DNA of 35,403 nucleotides from a virus (Duplodnaviria; Caudoviricetes). Shown here one piece after another: positions 17,975 through 26,907 of this stretch (its first letter is position 1; each line of letters starts with the position of its first letter). The stretch covers positions 1-35,403 of IMG/VR virus record IMGVR_UViG_3300025357_000029; one strand, 5' to 3'. A program made the position numbers and the translations under genes. The notes beneath the pieces were generated by a model. That model did no database searches and was not told the DNA's origin. It worked only from the letters and a program-made list of their open reading frames with translations.

Positions 17975-20113
17975 TTATCCTGTGATAGTTGGGATTTCTG
18001 CTTGCAAATACTGTGAGGGGTCTATGCGGTCAGGATTGAAGTCTTTAGCAGGATTGTCAGCGCCTTCTATCTCGCTCACCATCTTGCTTGTGATTTCACC
18101 CATCTGCACAGGGTTCACATCCGTAATTAATGCTTTCAACCTTTCAGTTTCGGCCTTGAACGCACTAATTAAACTGTCACGCTCTTTCTCTAGACGAATC
18201 GCTAAATGATTCAATGCGTCCATATCCAAGCGTTGTTTCTCCATCTTCTGATCAATGGATTTATCTTGTACTTGCTGAGTCAGCGCAGCAATAACTTGTT
18301 GAGCCTGTTGTAGTTGAGCAGTCAATGCTTGTTCTGTCTCGCTCGGGCCAGTTCCTAAAATTGCAGGAGGTATCCAGTTCCTCATCCGTTCCTGAAGTTT
18401 GTCAGCGTTAGGGAAGTCTGCCGATCCCATGTAAAGATCACCGATAACCTGAGCTAACTGAGGTTGTTGAGCAATCATTTGAGACATTGCAGAGAAAGCC
18501 TCTTGTCTTCTTGTATCGTAATTAGATCCAGATTCAGCGACTACGTCATAAGAACCAACCGAGGGGTTGAAGATAGTGGAGACTTTGGCCTCGTCTTTGT
18601 CCTCTTGTTGTTTAAAGGCTTCCTTCAGATTAGGGTCGATCATAATCTGTTGTTCTTCACCGTCTTCACCCAAAATACGAACAATTCTCTTTGTGTCGTA
18701 AATGTGTGGGATTAGGTCAATCAGAATCTTGCCTGTGAACTGAATCGCCATGTTTTGCATATCTTGGAAGTGGTAAGTAACCCTTTCTCCCTGATATTTG
18801 CGCTTGTCAATTGCTACCCCTGAGAGTTCCTGTCCTTCAGCACCAAAACTTTGTTGGTATTGGCCCGAAGTCATCATCATCTCATTTTCAGCAGTCTGCA
18901 TACCTTCCATGTAAACAGGAGCAGACATAGGAGCTTGCGCTCTCTCTGGTCTTGGGATTGGGTTTCCGTTCTCATCCGCATGGTTATATGCTAAATAAGC
19001 ATGGTTCTCGGTGTTGGCAGTTGCCCAGTAATTCTCTAATCCTTCAATAGCTTCAACTGGCGCAAGGTAAGGAGTTTTTGACTGTAGAGCACCGTATTCA
19101 AGTGCAGCGGAGGCATTGTAGTTATACGATCTTTGTGCATCCTTCATATAACGAACCAAACCCTTACGGTCTAATTTGCCATCAATCTGCATTTCCTCGC
19201 CTGGTACTCGGACGATTGGAATGTACTTTCCTGCCCAGATTCCTTTTTCTAATACCTTGTTCCCACCGATTAAATACTTGTGGATAACGTGCTTATCAAT
19301 ACGTCTGCGCTCAATATCCGCACCTATCTTAATAGCCTCGTTCAGCATCTTGACTTCTTCTTTAGTCATGGATGATTGACGCTCAAACTTCAATGAGCCA
19401 TCAGCTTGAGGTATAGAGTAAAGCCATTCTTTTTTAATTTCTTTTTCGTAATATGTGGCTAAACGAACCACATCTTTAGTCACCCAGGACTGAGAGCCTC
19501 CTGCATCCACCATTGGCACATTCTCACCAGGGAAACGTCTCTCAAACTCTGTCCTTGGCATATCTTCATAGATAAACCCAAATTTAGCGTCTGAACCGTC
19601 CCTTTTCTTAATGTGAGGATCAAGGTAAACAGACATAGCATCAGGGACTTCCCTAATATATATTTCTTGGTCAAAGGTTGAATCGTCTGCGTATGCGGTC
19701 GTAACTGTCCAAAATCCTATTCCCCCACCAACTTGTTGTTCCGCTGCCATATCGTAGGCAGTCTTAGCGTTGGATATATATTCAATGTGACGTACCAGTC
19801 CTTCGAAAATCTCCGCTGCCTCGTAAGTGGCCTCGTCATTGGTTGGATGAACCGAAACGCTAGGTTTATTTTCTTTTAAGTTATTAACAACGTGCAACCA
19901 ATGCGTGTGAACCTTGTTAATAGTGATCATCGGCTGAGTATTTAGCCTACGTCTGGCCTTTACTGCCGGTTCCCATTGGTCTTGATTGTCAGAATCAGCA
20001 AACAAAAATCTCATATCCTCCCTGAATCTTTGTCTGGAGGCTTGTTCCCAATCTAAACAATGTTTGAAATTGTCTTGCGCTCTGCGTACTATTTCTTCTT
20101 CGGTTGTTGCCAT
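17975..20113 (-). CDS. Portal protein, P22-like
   Basis: About 712 aa; DQW...TIN, IPIVRV.G, KDAQR.YNY and SGVAI motifs; Gln-rich barrel. Start at 20113 or 20125. Confidence 0.95.
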   Translation of the reverse strand: MATTEEEIVRRAQDNFKHCLDWEQASRQRFREDMRFLFADSDNQDQWEPAVKARRRLNTQPMITINKVHTHWLHVVNNLKENKPSVSVHPTNDEATYEAAEIFEGLVRHIEYISNAKTAYDMAAEQQVGGGIGFWTVTTAYADDSTFDQEIYIREVPDAMSVYLDPHIKKRDGSDAKFGFIYEDMPRTEFERRFPGENVPMVDAGGSQSWVTKDVVRLATYYEKEIKKEWLYSIPQADGSLKFERQSSMTKEEVKMLNEAIKIGADIERRRIDKHVIHKYLIGGNKVLEKGIWAGKYIPIVRVPGEEMQIDGKLDRKGLVRYMKDAQRSYNYNASAALEYGALQSKTPYLAPVEAIEGLENYWATANTENHAYLAYNHADENGNPIPRPERAQAPMSAPVYMEGMQTAENEMMMTSGQYQQSFGAEGQELSGVAIDKRKYQGERVTYHFQDMQNMAIQFTGKILIDLIPHIYDTKRIVRILGEDGEEQQIMIDPNLKEAFKQQEDKDEAKVSTIFNPSVGSYDVVAESGSNYDTRRQEAFSAMSQMIAQQPQLAQVIGDLYMGSADFPNADKLQERMRNWIPPAILGTGPSETEQALTAQLQQAQQVIAALTQQVQDKSIDQKMEKQRLDMDALNHLAIRLEKERDSLISAFKAETERLKALITDVNPVQMGEITSKMVSEIEGADNPAKDFNPDRIDPSQYLQAEIPTITG

Positions 20114-20115
20114 AG

Positions 20116-21480
20116 TTACATCCAATATCCAGGGGTATTATTAGAATTAAACTGTTTTTTCGGTGAAGTTTGCGGTTTTTTCTCAACTTTTGACCGCAAA
20201 ATCGCAGGAAACAGCTCGGTTAGCACCCAAATCCACGCATCTGCACGATTTGGTGACTTAGACCCATTGTAACCATTGGTACTGAATCCTCCAAGTTCCT
20301 CCTCCAAATCTACGAACCTTCCTACATGCCTGATCTTTCCTTGCTCGTATAGTGGAGCAAACGGCTCTGCCCTGACCATCTTTGATCGTGTGGCAAGTAC
20401 CGACTTGTAATTAGTCCGAGGTCGTGATGCCTGGATAACCATTTCAACCATCGCCCCACCATAATTATTTTCTCCAACCACTATGTCTGCGTTATGTCTA
20501 TCAAATGCGCTTGTTGCCACCTTACCCCAAGTTGCAGGGCCGGCTTTCACCGTACAGTCTTCCAGTAAGTATGCGTTCCCATCCGTTCCCAAAGCACCTA
20601 CAACAATACCAATTGCATCATTGTCAGCGTTGTCAGTATCTCCTGCTCCACTAGGGTCGATTCCAACAACGACTCTAACAAAATCGGGTAAATCTTCCTC
20701 TTGAGTTCTCCACCGGTCAAAATAAAGGTCTGTAAATAACTGGTTAGGGTTAGCATCTGTGAACTCTCCCTCTAAAAATCGTTTTCTAAGCCTTGCTGAT
20801 AATCCCTCAAGTGTCTTAATGTAGCCATCGGATAGATTCTCTTGGTTGTCCTTTGGGTTGATCTGGAAATACTTGTAATCCTCTGGGTCGTACAAATTAA
20901 TCCCTGTCTCTGGGTCTCTTCTTTGAACAAACAACTTATAAGTCCAGTGGTTCTTATCGGGCGGGTTGCAGTCAAAGAACATCCTCGGTCTTAGCGGTTT
21001 CATCTCGATCTTCTTGTCAACAATAATCTGTTGATTGACCTTCTGCGCTAACCTGGTCATTGCAATACCAACCGAAGGCCAAGCTATCTGACTGGATTCG
21101 TTCAAGTAGATCGTTGAAAACTCCATTCCAAGAATCTTCTCCGTCCTTTCCTTGTCATCCAGTCCACCGAACCAAATCTCGCTTCCATTGTCAAACTTGG
21201 CAAACCAGTGTGTCTTGTCTAGCTTGTAGTTGACCGTTGGATAACAGATCTTCATCACTTTTGGAAAAGTGTCGTACACCACCGAGTTGACAACGTGATT
21301 GAACCTGAAACGTAGGATTGTGTGCCTTGACCCTCCTGCCTTGATTGCCCTGGTAACAATCTGCCGAACAATCGTAAAAGTCTTTCCTGAACGTGATCCA
21401 CCAAAAAGCATGATGTAAGTGGCATCCCCACTCATCAACTTCATTGCCTCTAGTTGTTTCTCGGTGTACTTAAGCGTCAT
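20116..21480 (-). CDS. terL: Terminase large subunit
   Basis: Walker A GGSRSGKT, Walker B IYLNE, motif III DCNP, RNase H-like GIDPS...SPNRADA. Confidence 0.95.
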   Translation of the reverse strand: MTLKYTEKQLEAMKLMSGDATYIMLFGGSRSGKTFTIVRQIVTRAIKAGGSRHTILRFRFNHVVNSVVYDTFPKVMKICYPTVNYKLDKTHWFAKFDNGSEIWFGGLDDKERTEKILGMEFSTIYLNESSQIAWPSVGIAMTRLAQKVNQQIIVDKKIEMKPLRPRMFFDCNPPDKNHWTYKLFVQRRDPETGINLYDPEDYKYFQINPKDNQENLSDGYIKTLEGLSARLRKRFLEGEFTDANPNQLFTDLYFDRWRTQEEDLPDFVRVVVGIDPSGAGDTDNADNDAIGIVVGALGTDGNAYLLEDCTVKAGPATWGKVATSAFDRHNADIVVGENNYGGAMVEMVIQASRPRTNYKSVLATRSKMVRAEPFAPLYEQGKIRHVGRFVDLEEELGGFSTNGYNGSKSPNRADAWIWVLTELFPAILRSKVEKKPQTSPKKQFNSNNTPGYWM

Positions 21481-21940
21481 TGTCTGTAGCTACTTGCATA
21501 AGAAGTGGGCCACCAGATGCTCCGGTAATTTCTTGTTCGGTCTTGTCCCGCCATCCTAAGATGTTCTTTGCGGTAAAGATTGAAAACTGTGCGTTAAACA
21601 CTCCCGCAGTCGCACCTTCGACTAAAACAGACTCTTGTAATTGCCTTGCAACTTTATACGCGTCGGAAAACTCAGGATGTTTAAGTCTTTCGTTCTCATC
21701 TTTTGCGTTAGCCCACTCATGTAAAGTGTCTCTTGTGACCCCTCTACTGGCTGCAAATCGGGTTAGTGTGGGGAATAGATTAGATAATCTTTCAGTCCGT
21801 TCTACTCCGTTGGGGAGAATAATTGTTTTCTCCGAGTATGCCGGTTGATTAAAGTAATCTATGAGTTCTTGGGCATATTGCTCTTTATAAAGAGTAGGTC
21901 TGCCTAATTTTTGGGGTTGTGATTTAACTGTTTTCTTCAT
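21470..21940 (-). CDS. terS: Terminase small subunit
   Basis: GRPTLY, HTH-like TLHEW, HPEFSDAY and F.AKN.LGWRDK motifs; directly upstream of terL. ATG at 21940 preferred over TTG at 21976. Confidence 0.9.
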   Translation of the reverse strand: MKKTVKSQPQKLGRPTLYKEQYAQELIDYFNQPAYSEKTIILPNGVERTERLSNLFPTLTRFAASRGVTRDTLHEWANAKDENERLKHPEFSDAYKVARQLQESVLVEGATAGVFNAQFSIFTAKNILGWRDKTEQEITGASGGPLLMQVATDNDA

Positions 21941-21948
21941 GGTTGCCA

Positions 21949-21976
21949 ATTGTATGCTTAAATTGACGTATTGCAA
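21949..21976 (-). promoter_or_regulatory. Putative sigma70 promoter for terS
   Basis: TTGCAA (21976-21971), 16-nt spacer, TACAAT (21954-21949), 8 nt before the ATG. Confidence 0.5.
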
Positions 21977-21998
21977 ACTATTTGTTTACTGTGTTGAA

Positions 21999-22083
21999 TT
22001 TGGGACGGTTCGCATAAAGCAGCGTTCTTTTTGTGCATCAATTCTTCGTGATTTACGGCGCTAACCCGTATTACCGTCCCAAA
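21999..22083. ncRNA. Candidate structured RNA, family unknown
   Basis: Perfect 11-bp closing stem 21999-22009/22073-22083 enclosing hairpin TACGG-N7-CCGTA (22054-22070). Confidence 0.5.
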
Positions 22084-22087
22084 ATCT

Positions 22088-22288
22088 TTACTGGACTGGG
22101 TTTCCGTCCGTTTGTTCGCTTTCCTTTTGAATCTTTGCCTGGTATTGGCTGACCTGGATTGCTACTTGTTGTCTGAGTTTGTTCACCAGTTGCTCGACTT
22201 GTGCCATTGGGAGACTTCCTAGTCCTGCAAAGATGATATCTGTTTCTTGAGTTGATAGATCAGAGAACGTGATTTTTAGTGGGTTCAT
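22088..22288 (-). CDS. Hypothetical helical protein
   Basis: 66 aa; ATGA overlap with the upstream gene. Confidence 0.75.
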   Translation of the reverse strand: MNPLKITFSDLSTQETDIIFAGLGSLPMAQVEQLVNKLRQQVAIQVSQYQAKIQKESEQTDGNPVQ

Positions 22289-24237
22289 GGTTGTTTTTGA
22301 GTTGATAAAAACGAATGTAAGTCACCTAAATAGGTTGGTGAGTATACATCTGAAATATCGAAATCTTTTGACTTTAAGCCAAGCATTGTATGCAGATCTT
22401 CTAAATAAGTTGGTGAATGTACGTCAGAATTTATATTTTGTAAAGCATTATCGTATCTAGTAACCGGCATTTTGTAAAACAATGCTGCCGATGGAGAGGT
22501 TACATCTGAAGTCATATAACCTTCGTATCCATGTTCTTTTATTAATCTTTCAAGATCACTTTCTACATTGTAAGTTTGACCTGCATTAACATTTGATCTC
22601 CAGGGATTTCTATTGGCTTCTTGGGCTAAAGTTCTTAAATTTAATGGATCTTTTGAAATGTCATATAAATTGTTTGATTGAGTTACATATTTGTAAGCAC
22701 CAAGTCCAGGCTCAGGTTTTACGTCTTCTGGATTACCGGTATAGTAATATGTTCTGTCTTTAACTGCACCTGAATAATTTTTTAATCTATCTGCCTCTTG
22801 ACCTGCTATTCCAGTTCCATATTTTGTTGGATCTGTATAAGTTAAATTTGGTTCATTACTAAAATGAGTTAAAAATGCAGAACTTGCAGTTTCTGGAGAA
22901 GGTTTAATTAATTTTTGAATGTACTCAGGCATCCCACCTTTATATTGAGGATCTGCAAATTCTGGAGGAAGTATTACGGATTTTTGTGGAGCAAATTGAA
23001 ACTCCTCCCATAATTTATCTTTTTTCGCTTGAGCTTCCTTAATTAATTCTGGATCTTTAGTGTTTGCTATGGCCTTATCCATTAAATTAATGTTTTTCTT
23101 TAATTCTGCATTTAATGGACTGTAATTTACAACGCTATTTTGTCCTCTAGTTTCCGCAGTCATTGCTAATTTTGCAAGAGGTGAAAACATTTGAGAATGT
23201 GCGCCCCAAGCCATTTCCTCACCTTTTGGCCCAAATGAATTACCATGAACTGCATGGCCAAAATAGTCGTGAATTGCTCTAAATTTTTCGTTTGTATTTA
23301 ATCCAGTCTCAGGATCAATTGCATTTAAAAAGTCGTGGGGATCGCCACCTTGATATACATAAAGATGATTATTTCCATGTACGTCTTTAAGCATTTCATC
23401 ACTAGATTTGTAATTTCCTTCGCCATTTCTGTGATAACTCATGTTTACAGGCATTTCTTTAAACTGATCTTCAGTTTCTTTTGCCAATTGTTTGTATGAT
23501 TTATTTACTAAATCATCATAATTTTGAATATTATGTTGCTCAATTAAATCAGGCATTTGCTTTTTATATGCCTCAAATATTGCTTTTTTGTATTCTGGGT
23601 CTTCAGTTGCAGCGTGCATAAACGTGCGACCAATTGCAGATTGTTTCTTTAAAGAACTTTCGTCCATTTCAGGCAATACATAAGGTTTGCCAATTGTCTT
23701 GATAGAATAATTATTAGCTATTTGTTTGGCTAAATTATCTGGACTTTTTACTTTAGCTTTGATCTCTTCATCCGATATTCGTGATGGAATTTGGTATCCA
23801 AATGATCCTGGGGTACTTCCTTCAATGGGCCAATTTTCTTCTCTAATTCCTTTAGAAAATGCTCCGCTTCCTTGATTGCCTGCTTTGCGGACTCTGAGGA
23901 ATGGCCCTTCTTGTGCTGATTCATATAAGCCTTTAGATAAATTTGTTGATAATTCAGGTGTTTTTAATGCAGGTAAAAGTTGAGATAAGATACTTAAAGC
24001 ATACCCAGCTTCACCTGAATTTTTAATGTTTGCAGCGTCTGGATGTAATACGCTAAATCCCATTTCATCGGGAGCAGTCCCAGTTAATCCTTTAATAAAT
24101 GCGTATGTTTTAGGGTCTGGTAAAGTGTTTACATCCCTCAATTGAGCTAATTTTGTGCTTTTTTGTCCCTGCTTGGCAATGTTTGGATTACCAAAATAAG
24201 GCTTATCTGCATCTAATAAGTCTTGCAAGGAGGGCAT
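22285..24237 (-). CDS. 650-aa multidomain polyvalent-type protein: putative metal-binding HDxxGH domain plus ADP-ribosyltransferase-like domain
   Basis: FRAIHDYFGH...GEEMAW..H...ETRGQNS block; C-terminal THFS...YGTG...TYYY...GYEGY pattern. Domain calls are from motif recall. Confidence 0.6.
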   Translation of the reverse strand: MPSLQDLLDADKPYFGNPNIAKQGQKSTKLAQLRDVNTLPDPKTYAFIKGLTGTAPDEMGFSVLHPDAANIKNSGEAGYALSILSQLLPALKTPELSTNLSKGLYESAQEGPFLRVRKAGNQGSGAFSKGIREENWPIEGSTPGSFGYQIPSRISDEEIKAKVKSPDNLAKQIANNYSIKTIGKPYVLPEMDESSLKKQSAIGRTFMHAATEDPEYKKAIFEAYKKQMPDLIEQHNIQNYDDLVNKSYKQLAKETEDQFKEMPVNMSYHRNGEGNYKSSDEMLKDVHGNNHLYVYQGGDPHDFLNAIDPETGLNTNEKFRAIHDYFGHAVHGNSFGPKGEEMAWGAHSQMFSPLAKLAMTAETRGQNSVVNYSPLNAELKKNINLMDKAIANTKDPELIKEAQAKKDKLWEEFQFAPQKSVILPPEFADPQYKGGMPEYIQKLIKPSPETASSAFLTHFSNEPNLTYTDPTKYGTGIAGQEADRLKNYSGAVKDRTYYYTGNPEDVKPEPGLGAYKYVTQSNNLYDISKDPLNLRTLAQEANRNPWRSNVNAGQTYNVESDLERLIKEHGYEGYMTSDVTSPSAALFYKMPVTRYDNALQNINSDVHSPTYLEDLHTMLGLKSKDFDISDVYSPTYLGDLHSFLSTQKQP

Positions 24238-24238
24238 T

Positions 24239-24406
24239 TTAGTTTATCGTCTGAGGTTGTTGATCTATTGTTACTTCTAATCCAAACTGCTTTAAAACTA
24301 TAAGCCAGTCATGAGCAATGACTAAAGCGTAGCCATCACCGATTAAAGTGATGTTTACCTCTTGAGTTTCGTCATCTATGTCAATAGTGACGTTTGCCCT
24401 GCTCAC
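24239..24406 (-). CDS. 55-aa hypothetical protein
   Basis: GTGA overlap start; MSRANVTIDIDDETQEVNITLIGDGYALVIAHDWLIVLKQFGLEVTIDQQPQTIN; fills the gap; not in the ORF track. Confidence 0.65.
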   Translation of the reverse strand: MSRANVTIDIDDETQEVNITLIGDGYALVIAHDWLIVLKQFGLEVTIDQQPQTIN

Positions 24407-24543
24407 TTTTTCTTTTTTTTCTTTTCAGCTTCACGCTTTTCAGAATAGGCAATTGCTACGGCTTGCTTAACTGGACGGCCTTCTTTGATTTCCGTTTTCA
24501 CGTTTTCTTTAAAGGCCTTCTTAGATGCTGATTTTTTAAGCAT
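24403..24543 (-). CDS. 46-aa basic protein
   Basis: MLKKSASKKAFKENVKTEIKEGRPVKQAVAIAYSEKREAEKKKKKK; KQAVAIA motif is common in small phage late proteins; not in the ORF track. Confidence 0.8.
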   Translation of the reverse strand: MLKKSASKKAFKENVKTEIKEGRPVKQAVAIAYSEKREAEKKKKKK

Positions 24544-24544
24544 T

Positions 24545-24943
24545 TTATTGACCGTGGATGATTGCGTAGTTGAGCTTTACTGCCTCAGACAATGAACCAC
24601 CTGATATGTTTTGTAAGCCAATAGTTGCACTTCCGTTGCTCATTGAAGCCACAAAAGATACATAAGTTCCTGCCGTTGCAGTTCCCCCACTTACGTTAAC
24701 AATCAATACATCCCTTGGGCTGATCAAAGAATTATTTAGAGTAAAAGTAACAACTGCACTTGCTGCTAAAGCTGCGTTGTTCATCGTAATTTGACCATTG
24801 GAAAAATTACAAGTAACTGCGGTTGCCTTGCTTGTTGCTTGAGTTGCGGTACTCTCAGCAGCTAAAGAATAACCAATTTGTTGATTAGCAAAAACAGTAT
24901 CAAATATTGGATCGTTGACCATTACACCTAAATAATTACTCAT
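24545..24943 (-). CDS. Putative virion structural (decoration-like) protein
   Basis: 132 aa beta-rich; TQATSK.T.VT...GQITM and NISGGSLSEA motifs. Function is inferred. Confidence 0.6.
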   Translation of the reverse strand: MSNYLGVMVNDPIFDTVFANQQIGYSLAAESTATQATSKATAVTCNFSNGQITMNNAALAASAVVTFTLNNSLISPRDVLIVNVSGGTATAGTYVSFVASMSNGSATIGLQNISGGSLSEAVKLNYAIIHGQ

Positions 24944-24952
24944 AATCTACCC

Positions 24953-25159
24953 CTATTTTTTCAATTTAATCTTAGAAAGAGCCTTCATCTGCTCGTCAGC
25001 GATCCGCTTTGCAGCAGACATTCTTGACCGACTTGCCTCTATTTCTCTTGCTTGCTGAAGCGTTCTAAGGTCAGATTCTGCTTGCCATTTCTTTTCTTGA
25101 GCCATATCTCGGCTCGGCATGGAAAGAACCTCAACCTTTTTAGCGACTTTTGTAGCCAT
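24953..25159 (-). CDS. Hypothetical basic protein
   Basis: 68 aa; coupled start. Confidence 0.7.
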   Translation of the reverse strand: MATKVAKKVEVLSMPSRDMAQEKKWQAESDLRTLQQAREIEASRSRMSAAKRIADEQMKALSKIKLKK

Positions 25160-25383
25160 TACTTGTTACCAGAACTAATATTCTTTTGTGGGAGCATTGG
25201 AACTCCGTTGGTCAAGTTTGGCTCTTTCTTTGGGCCTAATGGAGGACGCATCATTGGTTTTGCGCCTTCTCTGCACTCAGATGCGTAATCTGCTGCGGTC
25301 TGTAGGTGACCAGGGTCTTTTAAACCTGATTTACCTTCTTTATTCTTTTCTGCGTCCGACTCATAAGTCATTCTTTTACCCAT
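25159..25383 (-). CDS. Hypothetical protein, first late gene
   Basis: AAGGAG SD 8 nt before the ATG at 25383; low-complexity, charged. Confidence 0.7.
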   Translation of the reverse strand: MGKRMTYESDAEKNKEGKSGLKDPGHLQTAADYASECREGAKPMMRPPLGPKKEPNLTNGVPMLPQKNISSGNK

Positions 25384-25423
25384 TTTCAATACTCCTTAAG
25401 GATTTTTCTGATCAGATTACCGA

Positions 25424-25451
25424 ATTATCACAAAATCTCAAAATTTGTCAA
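25424..25451 (-). promoter_or_regulatory. Putative late promoter
   Basis: TTGACA (25451-25446, overlapping the ninG stop), 16-nt spacer, GATAAT (25429-25424) with a TGn extension. Confidence 0.6.
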
Positions 25452-25996
25452 TGAAACTCGGATTTCAACATTTTAACCTTGTTTCTATAAATTTTGATAA
25501 TTTCTTTAAGATTGTCAATTGTGTATTTTTTAGGTTCAAAGTCGGTTTCTAGCTGAACTACGGCCTCAACACCTATCTTTTGAATCAGATTGATCCGATA
25601 ATTGATTAAATTACCAGAAAGGTGAGTATTACATGGTTGACATTGCTTATGGACGTTATTTTCTACAAAGCGTAGATTTGGTCTTGCTCCAGTACTTAAA
25701 TAGTGCCCTGCGTGATACTGCCCTTGATGGTGTCTGGAACAGGAGATACATGGTTCTAGCTTGTCTCGCTCCCTAATGTATTGGTTAAATACAACTTGAG
25801 CATCTTTTAGCCAGTCTGACCTGGTTTTTAGCTTCTCCAAGGCTTTTTTTGTCTCAACCCTCTCAGTTCTATCGGCCTTTAATTTAGCCTCCTCTCGGGT
25901 CTTTCTAAGCAGTTCTACGGCACATGAATCAGAGCAAACCTTGTGGGTAATGCTCCGTTTTGTGAATTCTGCCCTACAAATCTTGCATTTAGACAT
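25448..25996 (-). CDS. ninG: NinG/Rap recombination endonuclease
   Basis: FNQYIRERD...CISC...AGHY...LRF.ENNVHKQCQPCN; N-terminal Zn ribbon. Confidence 0.93.
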   Translation of the reverse strand: MSKCKICRAEFTKRSITHKVCSDSCAVELLRKTREEAKLKADRTERVETKKALEKLKTRSDWLKDAQVVFNQYIRERDKLEPCISCSRHHQGQYHAGHYLSTGARPNLRFVENNVHKQCQPCNTHLSGNLINYRINLIQKIGVEAVVQLETDFEPKKYTIDNLKEIIKIYRNKVKMLKSEFH

Positions 25997-25998
25997 TT

Positions 25999-26088
25999 TG
26001 GGAGTCCATTTGGTTGTTCAGCAAGTTAGGGCAGAAACAAGGAAAATTCCCTAAGTACAACATCCTGGAGTGCCTTGTTAACCTCCCA
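25999..26088 (-). ncRNA. Candidate pseudoknotted RNA upstream of ninG
   Basis: Three nested stems plus a crossing 7-nt complementarity (26036-26042 with 26073-26079). Confidence 0.45.
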
Positions 26089-26097
26089 GGTGTCATT

Positions 26098-26313
26098 TTA
26101 GGGTCTTCCAAGCAAAGATAGAACACAATAAATTAAAACAATATAAATTGCGTATTCAATCAAGTTTTCAATTTGGTCAAACCAATCTTTCTCAATTCCT
26201 AGTAGCCATTCCTGTATCCAGTCTTGATCTGGGTTGTATTGATCCCTTAGTGGCGGGTCGTATCTGCAACCAATCTTTATCTTGCCGGTGTCGTAAGGAG
26301 GTACTTTAGGCAT
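26098..26313 (-). CDS. Hypothetical membrane-anchored protein
   Basis: PYDTGKIKIG motif; C-terminal TM helix. Confidence 0.7.
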   Translation of the reverse strand: MPKVPPYDTGKIKIGCRYDPPLRDQYNPDQDWIQEWLLGIEKDWFDQIENLIEYAIYIVLIYCVLSLLGRP

Positions 26314-26722
26314 TTTTTCCCTTTAATTTAGCATCTATTGCGGTATAAATCATAAGAAAGTCTGCAAAATCCAAATGAACTGCATATTTGTTGTAATTTA
26401 TATTGTAAATTTCAGATTGTTCTTCGGTAGTTAACCCTACCCATTCTTTAGTTTGTGGTTTGGCGTAGAGTTTTGTCCCCTCTGTTAAAGGTGCGTTAGC
26501 AAAACCCCAAAATTCTTTTGTTCCTTCGGGTGTTAGGCGATGCCCCATGTAAGTACCCCAAGGCTCACCCTGCTCTTGCTTCTCTGCCTCTGTAATAGCT
26601 TGGATTTGCTGATAAACGTATCGCAAGGCGTATTGCGCCCCATTAGATAGTTTGCTTTGAGGGTCAGTGAGCACAAGTTCAATTTCGTCTAGCATTGCTT
26701 GTTGCATTACTTCTTTAGTCAT
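26306..26722 (-). CDS. Hypothetical nin-region protein
   Basis: QEQGEP, KEWVGLT.EE and AKLKGKN modular motifs. Confidence 0.75.
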   Translation of the reverse strand: MTKEVMQQAMLDEIELVLTDPQSKLSNGAQYALRYVYQQIQAITEAEKQEQGEPWGTYMGHRLTPEGTKEFWGFANAPLTEGTKLYAKPQTKEWVGLTTEEQSEIYNINYNKYAVHLDFADFLMIYTAIDAKLKGKNA

Positions 26723-26907
26723 GTGTTTTTCTCCTTTGTCTCCTCAAAATCAAACCACTCATGTATTTCGTTAAGCACTTCATTCACGATTGATTGATTA
26801 ATATCTGCTTTACTAGGGGCATCGTTATGCTTGTACGCTCTTGTATGACCAAGCACTACTCCGTCAGTAATACACGTTTCAAGTAGTTGTAGGAATTTTG
26901 GTGTCAT
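26719..26907 (-). CDS. Hypothetical protein
   Basis: 62 aa; AAGGAG SD. Confidence 0.7.
   Translation of the reverse strand: MTPKFLQLLETCITDGVVLGHTRAYKHNDAPSKADINQSIVNEVLNEIHEWFDFEETKEKNT

Noticed and set aside
21095-21115. TerL Walker B reading YLNE rather than DE
   Set aside because: NE variants occur in other large terminases; not evidence of inactivation.
21999-22083. tRNA, or a known ribozyme or preQ1 riboswitch
   Set aside because: No T-loop or cloverleaf, and I could not match hammerhead, twister, pistol, HDV or preQ1 cores by eye.
24407-24425. A-rich run in the 46-aa gene as a frameshift site
   Set aside because: Encodes a poly-Lys tail, and the next gene has its own GTGA-coupled start.
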